This document shows, piece after piece, positions 35,663-64,000 of a stretch of DNA of 64,000 nucleotides (the first letter of the stretch is position 1; each line of letters starts with the position of its first letter). The translations under genes were made by a program, and so were the position numbers. The notes under the pieces are model-generated. The model saw nothing but the letters and a program-made list of their open reading frames with translations. It did no database searches and was not told where the DNA came from. The stretch is from Phaeosaccion multiseriatum (Eukaryota > Protista > Ochrophyta, other classes): positions 1,178,001 through 1,242,000 of the forward strand of contig OZ218960.1 in NCBI GenBank assembly GCA_965112735.1, read 5' to 3'.

Positions 35663-37344
35663 CTACTCATCCTCGTCCTCATCCTCATCCTCCTCCCACT
35701 CCCCCTCCCCCTCGGCCTCCGCTAGTTCTCCCTGCACATGCTCGAGACTATTCACCAGCACCTTGTTGCCATTCGTGCGCTCAATCCCCTCCTTCAGAAC
35801 ACTCACTGACTCCTCATGGCGTCCCATCTCGAATAAGGCCCGTGCCCTCTCCTCGAACACGAAGGGGTGGTTGGGGTTGATGGCCTCAGGCCCAATCTTG
35901 ATCGCCTCAAGCATCTCTTCGTGGAGCTCCAGGTGGCTATAGGCCTGGATGAGCTCGATCCACATGGAGAGAGTGGTGGTGGAAGGCACGGAGCCATCCG
36001 TAGGGAGGGCTGAGAGCAGGGCAAAGAGCTGGCGGTTCGAGGGCCGGAGGGGAGGGAGGGGAGGTGAGGGAGGGAAGGAAGGAGGGAGGGAGGGGGGGAG
36101 GGAGGGAGGGAGGGAGGGAGGGAGGGAGGGAGGGGGGGGGGGGGGGGGAGATTTAGAGACCAGGCGACAGGGAGAAGAGACGAATACCCTACTCGGCCGA
36201 AGGAAAAGACAAGGACAACGGGGTAGCAACACCACAGAATGGAAGCCCCTCAGACACCTCAGCCTTCCTTCCTACCTTTGTGCCGGCCTCTTTGGCGTCC
36301 TCCGGGCGCTCCATCCTCGCGTACAGGGGCATGAGCTCGATGTAGGGCTGAGGGTGCTCCGGGTATAGCTCTACGCAGCGCCGCAGATGGTGCTCGGCAC
36401 TGGAAGCAGCCGGAGTTGGTATAAGCAGTTGGTGATACAATAAGTGAATCAATAAGACGAGGTCGCGTTTGGGGGCGGACAAATGACATACGATGACTAG
36501 AATCAGGAGAGACCAAAAGCAAGAGCAAAGCAAGTATCTACTGCGTCCACCCACCCACCCACCCACCCACCCACCCACCCACCCACCCACCCACCCACCC
36601 ACCCATCCATCCATCCTCCCACCCGACCATCCACTCACCGCTCCATCATGGCATCTGGGGTGATTTCGTCCTCAGCCACCCCGTAAAGGGCGGCCAGTTT
36701 GGAGATGACCTTTCCCTTGTCCTCCTCCTCCATGTCGTCATCGTGGTCGTGCTCCACCTCGCCAACAATCTTTCGCGACGGAATGAAAACATGTGCAGAT
36801 CAACATGGCGTGGGCATGTGTCAGTCAGTCAGTCAGTCAGTCAGTCAGTCAGTCAGTCAGTCAGTCAGTCAGTCAGGGCATGTGTGGCGTGGCGTTGGAG
36901 TGTCGGGAATGGGGTGAGGCGTGGCCAGGCGAGGGAGAGCAGTGAGACGCTTGGACCATACTCGAGAGGAGACCTGTAGTAAGGCAATCGCCCCCTTCAT
37001 CCCTTCATCCACCACCCCACACCTGGAAGCTGCCCATGCCCGCGAGGAGGTGCCCCTCGAAGTCGTTCTCGTCCTTTGCGAGTGCCGCTGTGGAAACCTC
37101 CAGCTTCTCGTCGGCGGGCTGCAGGGCACCGCCTCCGACTCCCAGCACCTCTCCCACGTTGGCGGTCTGGTGCTTCCAGCCTGGCCGGGGCGGGGGAGGG
37201 GAGGGGGAGGGGGGGGGGGAAGTGGTGTTGTTGTTTGAGCGCGAGGGGTGAGACGGAAGCGGAGGGGCAAGTGCGGAGATGGAACACGGGAGGGGAGGCA
37301 GAGAAAAATACACGATACAGTGATCGTCTCCACCACCCACACAC

Positions 37345-37416
<72 letters not shown>

Positions 37417-37896
37417 GCCGGTGTGTACATGATGTCTCCCGGCAGCTGCAGACACGTCAGGGGCCTGTCGGGCTCGTCGAGCAGCGGGAGGACGGAGGTC
37501 ATCCACTCGTAGGACGGCATCATGGGGTGGAAACCTGCTTCCCTCTCCTGAGGCACCGTGGAAAGAGGCAAACAAGGCGGTGGATGGTGGTGAGTGAGTG
37601 AGTGAGTGAGTGAGTGAGTGTTGTGAGGGAGGGAGTTCATCGTTGGTCTCCTCTCCTTGCTGGAACCACAACAACACCAAGCCTCCCATTCTTGCGTACC
37701 TTCTCGTAGGGGTGTTGATGGCCGGGGGCGTACACCGTCCACCGCTTCTGTCCGTACACAAGCCCTAGCCAGGCGTGTCCCTGCCAGCAATAAGTCAATG
37801 AGGAAAAGACCGTAGGAGGGATGGAGAGAGGGGGAGAGAGGGAGAGACAGACACAAGGAGACCAGAGAGAGAGAGAGAGAGATGGAGAGAGAGAGG

Positions 37897-37929
<33 letters not shown>

Positions 37930-37940
37930 CGAGAGAGAGG

Positions 37941-37975
<35 letters not shown>

Positions 37976-39727
37976 CGAGAGAGAGAGAGAGAGGGAGATG
38001 GAGAGAGAGAGAGTAGGTGAGACTCACTGCTGTTGCCCTTGGGGTGGTAACCATGTGGCCACAGCCGTCCCCCCCTTTCTCGTGTGACTTACGTGGCAGT
38101 GGAAGGGCAGGCCTTGGCGAGGCGCCCCCAAGCTCACCATTTGCCAAGCCTGGGACGGAGAAAGAGACAGAGAGATAGATCGATAACACAGATAGATAGA
38201 TGGAGAGAGAGAGAGAGAAAGAGAGGCAAGAGGAGACGGTCTATCAGTGTTGAAGGGCGAGGGAGAGAGAGAGCAAGAATAGACCACCGGAGACAGTTCA
38301 TTTTGAGGGAGTAGAACGACAGATCGACAAGGGGATTCAATTACAACTAAGCAGCTGTAAGCAGCAAGGTACGGAGAGAGACAGAGATATTTGAAAGCAA
38401 CGCGCTCACCGTTTTCTCCTGCACATCCTCTCTCTTTTGGAAGGGCTTGAAGTACTGAGGAACACGGAAGTCAGCGAAGAGCTCGGGGTTCCGCTTGATG
38501 AAGGCGCGGTCGATGGTGAAGTCCAGGGGCTGTGGCCATGTGTCAGCAAGGAAGGCGCCGCGAAAAAGAGGGGGGAAAGGAAGGGGAGGGGTCGCGCGGT
38601 GTTAGCTCATTGGACTGGGCTGAGGAGAGTCCTTTGCTGTCAAGCAGGCAAAGTACACCATTGGCCCCCGGGCAAGCAGCTCCGTTCGAGCTTGTGTCTC
38701 TCCCCCATTCTCTGCCTGTTCCCCTCTCCCCCATTCTCTGCCTGTTCCCCCTCTCCCCCTTCCTCGCACATTCCCACTCGCTTACCTCCTCGTCGGCCGT
38801 GCGGTTCTCGCCTCGCATTGCCTGGAGGTAGTCCTTGACGGTAGTGCGTGCCTCAGCGTTGCCGCCGCTGTACGCCACGCCCGTTCCCGACCCGGCATCG
38901 ATGCGCGCGTCACCGAGGAGCTCCCTGTGGCAGAGCGAGGCGGAGGAGGAGGGGGAAGAGGGAGAGGAGGAAGGCAGGCATGTGTCAGCGAGATGTATAT
39001 TAGAGCTTATGGGCTCAGTATTGGAGCTCTCGAGGTAAGTTGTAACCATGTGTAGATGTGTCAGCGAGATCTCTGCAAACGATCGAAGGATCAGCGGCGT
39101 CACAGGGCCAGGTTCTAACGCGTGGGCTCTCTCTTACTGCTTACGTGAAGGCCTCTTTGGCCCAGCGCCCTTCCGTCCTCGCGGGCCAGAACTCGTCGAT
39201 AATGCCGTAGATGACGACAGGCTTTTTGTTGAAGTACTTGTCCTGGAAGTCCTGGACGCTAAGGTCTCTCCAGTAGACACGGTCGATGTCACAGTAGTAG
39301 CCCCCCTCCGGTATGTCTTGATCCGAAAGCCATCCGCCACTGAGACAGTGAGAGAGGGGGAAATGAGCAATGCGACAAAAGTGGACACGCAAGGTAGTAA
39401 GAGCGGAAGACCAGACACTGTTTTGTTTCTAGTCTCTGGCGAAAGGAAACGCTCAAAGCTTTTTCCAACTCACCTCCCTCGAGAGGGGTCGATACGAAAG
39501 CCAGTAGGGTCATATCCCACGTGCTGCTGGGAAACTCCTGGTAGCTTCCCCCCGCGGAGCCCTACCGTGATGCTGGCCCCCAGCACGGCGAGGGCGAGCC
39601 ATGGGGCACCTAGGCTTGGGAGCATCCCGCGCCCTCCAGTTCCCCCAGCACCATCTGCTTTCACATCTCCGTTCTTCTCTTGCTCCTTCTCTTGCCTTTC
39701 AGGCATCCCGCTCTTCCCTTTTTCCAT
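35663..39727 (-). CDS. JMJD8-like JmjC/cupin protein with N-terminal membrane anchor and C-terminal TPR-like helices, about 11 exons
   Basis: Spliced: CDIDRV..FQDKYFNKKPVVI, VPQYF, SLGAPRQGLPFHCH|GHAWLGLVYGQKRWTVYAP, FHPMMPSYEW, PLTCLQLPGDIMYTPAGWKHQTAN. Then AEHHLRRCVELYPEHP and RARALFEMGRHEESVSVL (TPR-like). Confidence 0.85.
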
Positions 39728-39898
39728 CAGCTCTCTGTTTGTGCTAGAGTAGAGAGTATAATTGGGGGGGAGGGAAAAAGGCTTCCAATTGAGTGGTGGT
39801 CCGGAAAATTGAAACTTCTTTTTTTCCCCCCCCTAAGACTTACCTAATAATTCCCTTCCCCCTCCTCCCTCAGGCAGATAGAGAAACAAGCTTAGGTA

Positions 39899-40791
39899 AT
39901 GGATCAGCAAGCGATGGAGCTGCCTGCGGGGTACACGGCGGACCCTCAGGAGGCGCAGAAGGAGGCCCAAGAGGCGGAGCAGCGACGCATGATGATCGAT
40001 CAGATCCTCACACCGGAAGCCCGGGCGAGGCTGGTGAACGTCGGTACGCAAGACCATGTGTGGAAGGGGAGGAGATGGGGGACGGGAGGAGGAGAGGGGA
40101 GAGCTTTGGTGTATCCTGTGCCCACTCCACTAGTCGACTTGCTTTCGCCGGAAGGAAGGCCCCTTGACCGTTTGTGCTGGTTGATGGTTGCACCCACCGG
40201 CTTGGCTAAGCAACCCTACCTACCGCCCCCCCCCGTCTTCCCCAATGGTAACCCCTTCGATCGACTGGTAGGTATGGTAAAGAAGGAGAAGGCACGGGCC
40301 ATCGAGGATATGCTCATCAGCATGGCGCAGAAGGGGCAGCTGCAGGGAAGGGTGACTGAGAACGAGTTCAAGGTTATGCTGGAGAAGGTGTCCGCGCAGA
40401 TGGAGAAGAAAACGAAGGTGTGTGTGTGTGTGTATGTGTGTGTGTGTTTGTACGCGAACTTGTGCAGTAGGGCACAGGCAGGCAGTGGTGAAGACAGGAA
40501 CTAAACGCTGCTGTTGGGGCCTCTTGATACTTTCATCCTCTGCAGCCCCACTCGGAACGCAAGCCTTTCCCCAATTCTCTTTGTCTGTCCAGCCTCTCTC
40601 GTCCGAACTTCACACCACCGTTACAGTCTCTCTCAGTCTCTCTCGTCCTCTCTTCGCCCAACATATGCCAACGCCTTTCTCCCCCCCTCTCTCTCACACA
40701 CACACCCTTGCTCCGATCTGGAAAGGTGACGATTCAACGGAGAAAGTACTTCGACGACGACGACGACGACAACGACGAGGACTTGCGATGA
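39899..40791 (+). CDS. PDCD5: Programmed cell death 5 / dsDNA-binding protein; exons 39899-40043, 40272-40417, 40726-40791
   Basis: RRMMIDQILTPEARARLVNVGMVKKEKARAIEDMLISMAQKGQLQGRVTE...KTK|VTIQRRKYFDDDD matches the PDCD5 signature. Confidence 0.95.
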
Positions 40792-41096
40792 TGAAGTAAA
40801 GGCTGAAGTGCGTGTTAATGCAGTATGGCAGCGGAAGGCGCAGCCAGGCAGCCGCTGCAAGGCCGGTGGGTGCACGGGCTGCTCAGTCCCGTTCTTTCCG
40901 AGGAGCGTTTTTGCCTGACCGCTCACGGGATTCGTCCCACAGAACTGGCAAGCAAGCGCCTCTGCATGAGGCGGCGGCACCGTACAGGACTGACTCTCTG
41001 TGGGTGTTTTTCTCTCCCGCTCCGGAGCAATCAATGAATGCTATTGGTGTGTGGGGGGCACCTTCGGGGCGGAGGGTCGGGCGAGGTGGGGGGGCG

Positions 41097-41136
<40 letters not shown>

Positions 41137-42834
41137 CAGAGAGAGAAAGAGCACTCCAGCACCCCACAACCTGTGGCTGAAGTGCTGGCCGCTTCCTCTG
41201 GTGAGCACAGGGCAAACGACGGCATATTCCATTCCTCTATTTCAGCAGCAGTGGTGGCTGAGTCTAGCCCCCCGGCAGAGCAAAGGGAGCGCACATGGGG
41301 GGAGTTCTTACACGCAAGCACAGGCAAAGCATGGGGGAGAAACACTGAGCCAGCGGTTGCACTGCGGGCCACCTCATCAATCTAAAAGTAAAGATGAAAC
41401 TGTAATGTACCCTTTCCCCTTTCCTTTTCCCCTCCTTTTTGTACAAAAACCTCGCTAACGGAGCTCAGCGTTGAGAATGAGTTCTTTCTCCCCCCCGTCC
41501 TGGCCCAAAGGACGTTGCAATGGGAAGCTTCATCGCTGAAAATGTTGAGATTTCCCCTCACGTACTCCTTGGTGTTGGTGCTCGCGCCCCCCACAACACC
41601 AACCACTCAACTCCACGACAACCCACCACTATAACCCACCACTACAACCCACCGACCGGCCGGATCAACATGAGGGATTGGTTGGGCTCACGTGCTGTAC
41701 GTTGTGCTAAAGGAGGGGAGAAGAATGAGAAGGTGGGGAGGGAGAAAGGGTATAGGGGCCAAACCGGCGAGTTTAACACTGTGGCAAGGCCCTTCCCTCT
41801 CTTGAGGAGTGACAGCTCAGTCAGGGAGATGAGATCCCTCGGTCCCGCAGCGCCCAGCTCCACCACCACCACCACCACCACCATCAACGACATGAAGAAG
41901 AGGGGTAACTTCATGCTGGCCCCCCTCCGTAACCAGGACGGCCCGAGCAGGCACCATCCCTTGAGGCATTCTCGCTCCAACGCAGCAGCAGCTCGGACCG
42001 CGCAGCGCCACGAACGAGTCTCACCGGCGTCATCCCAAGACTCTGAAGAGGACGAGGGCGAGGAGGACGAGGACGAGGAGGACGAGGAGGACGAGGAGCA
42101 ACTATGCCCGCATCTGTGCGGACCGTCTGGGGCCACCCCCCCCCTTTTTGGGGGAAGAGGGGGCAGCCTCCTTTGTAGGCCTGACCGGATAGGGCCGCCA
42201 GCAGGTCTGGAACATATCACGGATGCGTATTCCATCAGTGGCTGAATATTACGCCTCAATCATGGGGAATATACGTGGTATACAGCATACGCGCATACTC
42301 TCTGCGGTGCCGCAGCCTGCTTGCCCCCCCCCCCAGTGGTTCCCTGGCCACCATTCATACGACGACCTGCAAGCAACTGATCTGCTCCTCGGCCAAGCGA
42401 CGGAAGGAGGGTGGGAATATGCGTTTTGGGTACCTGCAGGCGTCTTGGTTGGGAGTGGATTGGCATTGGGGGGAGAGAGGGGTGAGGTATGCGAGCTACA
42501 GAGCAACAATCGATTTAAACGATGGGGGAGTTCAGGGACGAGGCATATTATCGAACATTATCACATCTTCAAAAAAAATTACTCAGTGTAGCAGGCCTCG
42601 GCATTTCGCAGCACCGTACACTCCATGTGTAAATAACAGTCATCAAACCAATGTATAGGAAAACAAAACAGTGTCTCCCTATTAAAATAAGTACTTGTGT
42701 CTGAAGGAAGAGCCCCCCCCGCCACTTGCAATAATCCACAGTACATCATCAAGGGCTTGCTGGCCCCTTCAGTTCGTGTGTGTAGTAAGGAGAAGAAGCA
42801 TCGTCCGCCCCTTGTCCCTTGCCGATCCCTTCTT

Positions 42835-43070
42835 TCATGAAGAGAAGTCTTTAGCCTCCTGCTCCAGCGCGGCTCGCACGCTGCGGAGCTCCTCTGAAGG
42901 GGCGGCCTTGAGAAATTCGCTCAGCTTCTCCCGAGAGGCCGATAGAGCCTTCACCCTTATCATTCCAGCGGGAGAGAGCCAGTGGTCGGGTTGGCAGCAA
43001 CAGCAGCAGTAGGAGGAGGAGGAGTAGTAGTAGTAGCAGAGTGGATGTCGTCGTCGTAGTGGTAGTAGTG

Positions 43071-43107
<37 letters not shown>

Positions 43108-43138
43108 CAGTAGTAGTAGTAGTAGCAGTAGTAGCAGC

Positions 43139-43170
<32 letters not shown>

Positions 43171-43210
43171 GAGTAGTAGTAGTAGTAGTAGTAGTAGCAG
43201 TAGCAGCAGC

Positions 43211-43278
<68 letters not shown>

Positions 43279-43627
43279 CAGTAGTAGTAGGGTGAGGAGG
43301 GGGAGGGGTGTAATTGGATGTGGGTGGGTGTGAGTGGGTGGGCATGGGTTTTGGATAGCATGGTGCCTCCTTCGTTCACGCCATCTCACACTTTCTCCTG
43401 GCTACCCAGAGCCAACCAAGTCGAGCCAAGTAGAACATGAGACTCACGTGAATTCGATGGCCTCTGGCTTCAGCTCTTTCTTCTTCAACCCTGTGGTGTT
43501 GTCAAGCGTCTCCGGGAAGTATTCCATTATCTGCATGAGGCAAGAAGCCCATCACATACAACAATACCACCAACCAACCAACCAACAACAACACCACCAC
43601 CACCAACCAACACCACCACCACCGACC

Positions 43628-43682
<55 letters not shown>

Positions 43683-45619
43683 GCAACAGGCAGCACCATC
43701 AGCATCAGGCATACATACTGTGCCTGGAACAAAAAGGCGGCAGAAGGGTAGGGCACGAACGACGCGCAGAATGGTATCCACGTACCACGTAAAAACACCG
43801 CAAACCTCGATGCAGCAAACAACAAAACACCCGACACCAACATAGGGTCTACCTTGATGCAACAAGCCCCAAACACAAACCCCAACCACCAACATCGGGA
43901 ACGGTACCGCACCACCCACCTGAACCAAGTACTCCAATGCGTCGGTCCCTGCGGTGACGGCGTCCGCTCTGACGGGCGATACAAGACAAAAGAGGGCAAC
44001 AGGGGGGTGGCGTTGGGGGTGAGGTTGATGCACATAGACATAGACACAGATGGAGAGTACAGACACGTAGGGCGGAGGGGGGCTGTGGGGGGGGGGGGAC
44101 ATATATAGAGCGAAGGAGAGAGAGAGATAAAGTGAGAGGGAGATCGAGAGAGAGACAGAGATAAAAGGCCCAGTGAGATCAGGCCACAACAACAACAACA
44201 ACAACAATGCGAAAGAACACAAATATGTAGAACCCTTCCCTCCAGATAGCTGCTGGTCTCACTTCTTGGGGCCGCTGAGGTAACGCCTGCCCTGTCTGAT
44301 GCAGTCCTCGAGGCGGTAGTTCCTTAGCAGGCTCTTGACCAAGGCCTAGGGGATAGGAGGAGGAGGAGGAGGAGGAGGAGGAGGAGGAGGAGGAGGAGGA
44401 GGAGGAGGGCTGGGGGTATGAAGAGGAAGGACGATGGATCAGACCCGGGACAGAGACGAGGGGATGAGCTAAACACTGCTTGCCGCAAGGGGTGGACTGT
44501 CCCCCAAAAGCATATCCACTCACTCGCTTCACTCACTTTGGGATCGCTACTCGCGCCTCCTCCAGCTCCTGTGCCATTAGTAAGGTCGTCCTCGAGCTGT
44601 TGGGGTGAGAAAGCATCAAAATTGAAAGTGTAGGACGAAGGAGATGTAAATTATGTCCATGGAAAGAGAAGGGGGCTGGGACCGACAAAGAGAGAGGGGA
44701 GGAGGGAAAGGCTTTTGCTGGACGACAGCATAACTACAGGACTCCGTAGTCCACGAGCAAGAGCCGTTTCACTCTACCCTCCCCCCCTCTTCCAAGTACC
44801 TGCTCAGTTGCCGTGCGCACCCGCTCGATGTTGGTTAGGATGTCCTGGTAGCCATGTGCGTGCATTCAAGTCAAGTCATTCATTCAAGCATACAAAGAGA
44901 GTAACAGTAAGTGTGCAGGACAGCAGCAGGGAGCAGCAGAGCAGCTGTCAGCAGAGCAGTAGTCAGATGTAGAGAGCTCCCGAATACCATACAGTATATA
45001 CACACGACGCACCACGACGGAGAGCGACGATGCTGCCTCGCTCCCCCGAGGGAAGCCGGCTGAGAAGAGAGAGAAGGTACCCACACCGGCGGAGAAGGCA
45101 TATGCTGCGCTCGACGTGAACTTCCCGATAGCAGCTCGCCGGGACATGCCATTGTCCCTGCTGCCTGGAGCTACTGCTGGTGGGCCTGCTGTGGATGTAT
45201 CTGAATTCGCTGCTAATGCTGACCAAGCCCGGCGTCTACTGCCGCTGCTGCTTCTACTACTGCTGCTGCTGCTGCTGGAGCGGCCGCTGCTGCTCGAGGC
45301 TGTCAGTGTTTTCACTGCCTCCCCTCTGCATTGACAGGAAGAGACAAAGGAAGCGAGTTAGATGAGACACAATTGCGGGTATTCCTCCATCTCATCCACA
45401 TGGTAGCAGGACAAGGGAGCAGAGAGAAAGAAGAGAGGGAGGAAGAGAGAGAGAGAAAGAAAAAGCAGAGAGAGAAAAAGAGAGAGGCGGTGATAATGGA
45501 GACGAGCACTACCTTGTTCTAGTTGCTGTTTGTCCTGTCGGCAGGCAAGGAGCGAATGCATCTACGTGGCTGAGCAGCACGAGATACAGGACGCAAATGA
45601 AGGAGGGCTTTTGGGCCAT
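42835..45619 (-). CDS. Predicted thylakoid-lumen helical protein (signal + transit + twin-arginine peptide), about 8 exons
   Basis: MAQKPSFICVLYLVLLSHVDA-FAP, Ser/Arg-rich transit, SRRAAIG..hydrophobic..SEA-A, then in-phase exons DILTNIERVRTATEQ|LEDDL..|ALVKSLLRNYRLEDC..|ADAVTAGTDALEYLVQ|IMEYFP..IEFT|VKALSASREKLSEFL..FSS*. Confidence 0.8.
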
Positions 45620-46268
45620 TCTTTTCCTCTGCAACCCACCCTAGTCTATTCGCGGGAATAAGGTAGTCGAAACTATCCTTAAGGACTGGCACAGGAGGAG
45701 AGAGGGGTGAAATGAAGGAGGGATAAGAGAGGGAAAAGGGAAAAGGGAGAAGGGCAGATGAGGTGGCCCAGTCGACAGATGTGAAAGTGGATTACACTCC
45801 GTCAAGGTTTTCTCAATATACGTTGTTCGATTTTTTCTCTCTCTCTTCGACTTTAATGTGTCGCCCACAGCCGTGAGCAAATCACTAATAAAAAACCCAC
45901 GAGAGAGAAGACAACGCAGAAAAAGAGGAGAAACAGCATCAGCAGAAGTAATAAGAGGGAGTTACCGCTCATAGGCCGTGCAGGTGAGTCCTAAGGATGC
46001 GAACAACGCCGCTCCTTCGCTTGCCACAGGTCGGAGCAACACCCTATTGTATAGTGGCTGGAAAGAGTCCACATCCGCTACCTCTCTCTCTCTCTCTCCC
46101 TCTCTGCGGCTTTGTTCTGCTGTCACCCCGTTTCACCATCTCCTCCCTGCTTTCCCCCCTGTGTTCATGTTTTTCATCATGTTTTCTTAACTCTCTTTTC
46201 TCACTTGCACTGGCTTCTTCTTGGCTCTTCTCCTCCCCCCCTCTCTCTGTCTTCATCTCAGCGGAATC

Positions 46269-52528
<6,260 letters not shown>

Positions 52529-53799
52529 GTTTAAAAGAAGACGCGAGACGACGGCCTGCATCATGTCCCCTCGTGACGGGGTTGGTGAGAGGGAGCAGCA
52601 GGAACAGCAGCAGCGGCAGCGGTTGACACAGCAGTTGGTGATACAGCAGTAGTGGACAGGAGCCAGCCTCTCTCTCTCTCTTTCGCTGTCTGCCTGCTGC
52701 TGCTGCTGCTGCCGCTGCTGCTGTATCACCAACTGCTGCTGATTCTCCCTTCGCTCCTGCTCGCGCAAAGGATGGGAGGGAAGGGCACAGGAAGAGAGAG
52801 ATGACACGTATATGCGTCGGCCTTGCCCGTGCGTGGGTCTTGTGTAGCAGAGAAGCAGGGAAAGCAGGCTGTTCGCTTGGACGCAGCTCGTGTGGAGTTG
52901 GAGGGAAAGCAAAAAGCAAGGGGGCAGCAGGAGCACTTGGTGATACAGCGACGGCTTACGGATTCTGAGAGGTGTCTGTCTGTCTGTCAGTCTGTCTGCC
53001 TGTCTGTCGGTCTGTCGGTCTGTCTGTCTGTTTGTCTTCTCTCTTGCCACTGAAGGCCAAGGGGTGTGGTGTGAAGTAGCAGGTACAAGAGGAAAGAAAG
53101 GGCGCCTCTGCGATATCATGGCTTTACTTGCTTCAATCACGAAGGGAGGGCAACGGACGGACGACTTAGCCGTCGCTTCCCTCCCTCCTCTCCCTCGCTC
53201 CATCCCTCCCCCCCCTCCTTCTCCGTAAGTCAGTCCTTGAATGAAGCAAAGTTGCATCTCATCTCTGGTTTTGTATGTCAATAATGACTCAGTCCTGCGG
53301 AGCTCACTGCTACAGTCAATAATGCCACACATAAGAGTTAATCTGCCTCTCTGTCAGTGTCTGTCTGCCTCTCTGTCAGTCAGTACCTCTCTGTCTGTTC
53401 TGTCAGTCTGTCTTGTCCCTCCGCCAAATGAGTCTGTCCGTGTGTCTGTTTGCCGGTCTGTCAGGCCGCCTGTCAGCTTCTATCCGTCGTGTATTACATG
53501 ACAAGGCGTCAAAAAGAGTTGTGCGTTGCGTGTGTGCGTGTGTGCGTGCGTGGCGTAGCGTGGCGCAGCGCAGCGGGCAGAGAGCAGGGAATGAAACCAA
53601 ACGCACCCAAAGAATGTCCGTTCCTCCCTCCCTCCTCCTCCCTCCCTCCCTTCGCTCTCGCTCCCTCTCCTGCCACGTCGCTCAATGAAGCGGAGTTAGT
53701 CTTTCAAAACTCAAAACACTCTGCCCCTCTCCTCTGCCGCCCCTGGCCTGATGGAAGCAAGCTGCCTGCAAGCTGCCTATCTACCTTGTGCTTGCTAGA

Positions 53800-63444
<9,645 letters not shown>

Positions 63445-63619
63445 CTTTTGGGGGTGGGGTAGGGTGTTGTGGGGGGGGGGGGGGTTGTTCGCGTATGTGT
63501 GTGTGGGTGGGGGAGGGGCAGGGAGGAAAGGAGAGAGGGCGAAAGAGGGGAGACAAAAGAGGGCGTAAGAGATCGAAGAGAGAGATCGAAGAGAGGGAGT
63601 GAGGGAGAGAGAGAGAAGG

Positions 63620-63750
63620 AGTAGTTGAGTAAGAGAGGAAGGAATGAAGACGATGAAGCATTGAGTAGTTGAGTAAGAGAGGAAGGAATGAAGACGATGA
63701 AGCATTGAGTAGTTGAGTAAGAGAGGAAGGAATGAAGACGATGAAGCTAA
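63620..63750 (+). repeat. 44-bp tandem repeat GAGTAGTTGAGTAAGAGAGGAAGGAATGAAGACGATGAAGCATT, about 3 copies
   Basis: Visible tandem copies. Confidence 0.85.
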
Positions 63751-64000
63751 GCATTGTGTCGTCGACTGATTCCCAAGAGAGCCTGAACTGCCAACAGCAG
63801 CAGGTAGCCACGCGGGCAGTCCCTCGTTGAAGAAAAGATCAGCATGAGTACCCCCGTTCCAAGGGAGAGCCGACCATCAAGCTTCAGGAGACAGGACGGC
63901 TGTTCCCCCCCCCCCCCCCCTCCCGTTCCGAGGGTCGCGAAGCGACCAACCCACATCTCAGGGAGCAGAGAGCGGCGACAATCGCCGCCTTGCCTCCATG

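Overview
Eukaryotic, intron-rich, GC-rich genomic DNA from a photosynthetic stramenopile (ochrophyte alga). The evidence is a chlorophyll a/c-type LHC gene and several ASAFAP-type bipartite plastid presequences. Manual splicing gives 14 protein genes: Pumilio (3' part), a coiled-coil protein, a REX1/SDN-type DEDDh exonuclease, ERCC6L/PICH-like SNF2 helicase, a plastid fatty-acid-hydroxylase-superfamily enzyme, a membrane DnaJ protein, an LHC/FCP protein, a FYV7/CCDC59-like protein, ARFRP1, a JMJD8-like JmjC-TPR protein, PDCD5, a predicted thylakoid-lumen protein, ABCE1/RLI1 and a PH-containing PI4-kinase (5' end unresolved). Most ORFs in the supplied track are microsatellite artefacts. The main unexplained signal is a dispersed 13-21 bp motif, (CAGCA)GTTGGTGATACAG(CAG), with about 19 copies. 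Inside introns it is polarised: the GTTGG form lies in the donor half and the reverse complement sits just before or forms the acceptor. It also occurs in exons in different reading frames and once as a perfect inverted pair. A second dispersed 15-mer, complementary repeats at opposite intron ends and frequent AAG acceptors point to an unusual intron-definition or intron-generating system. All coordinates were read by hand and may be off by a few bases.
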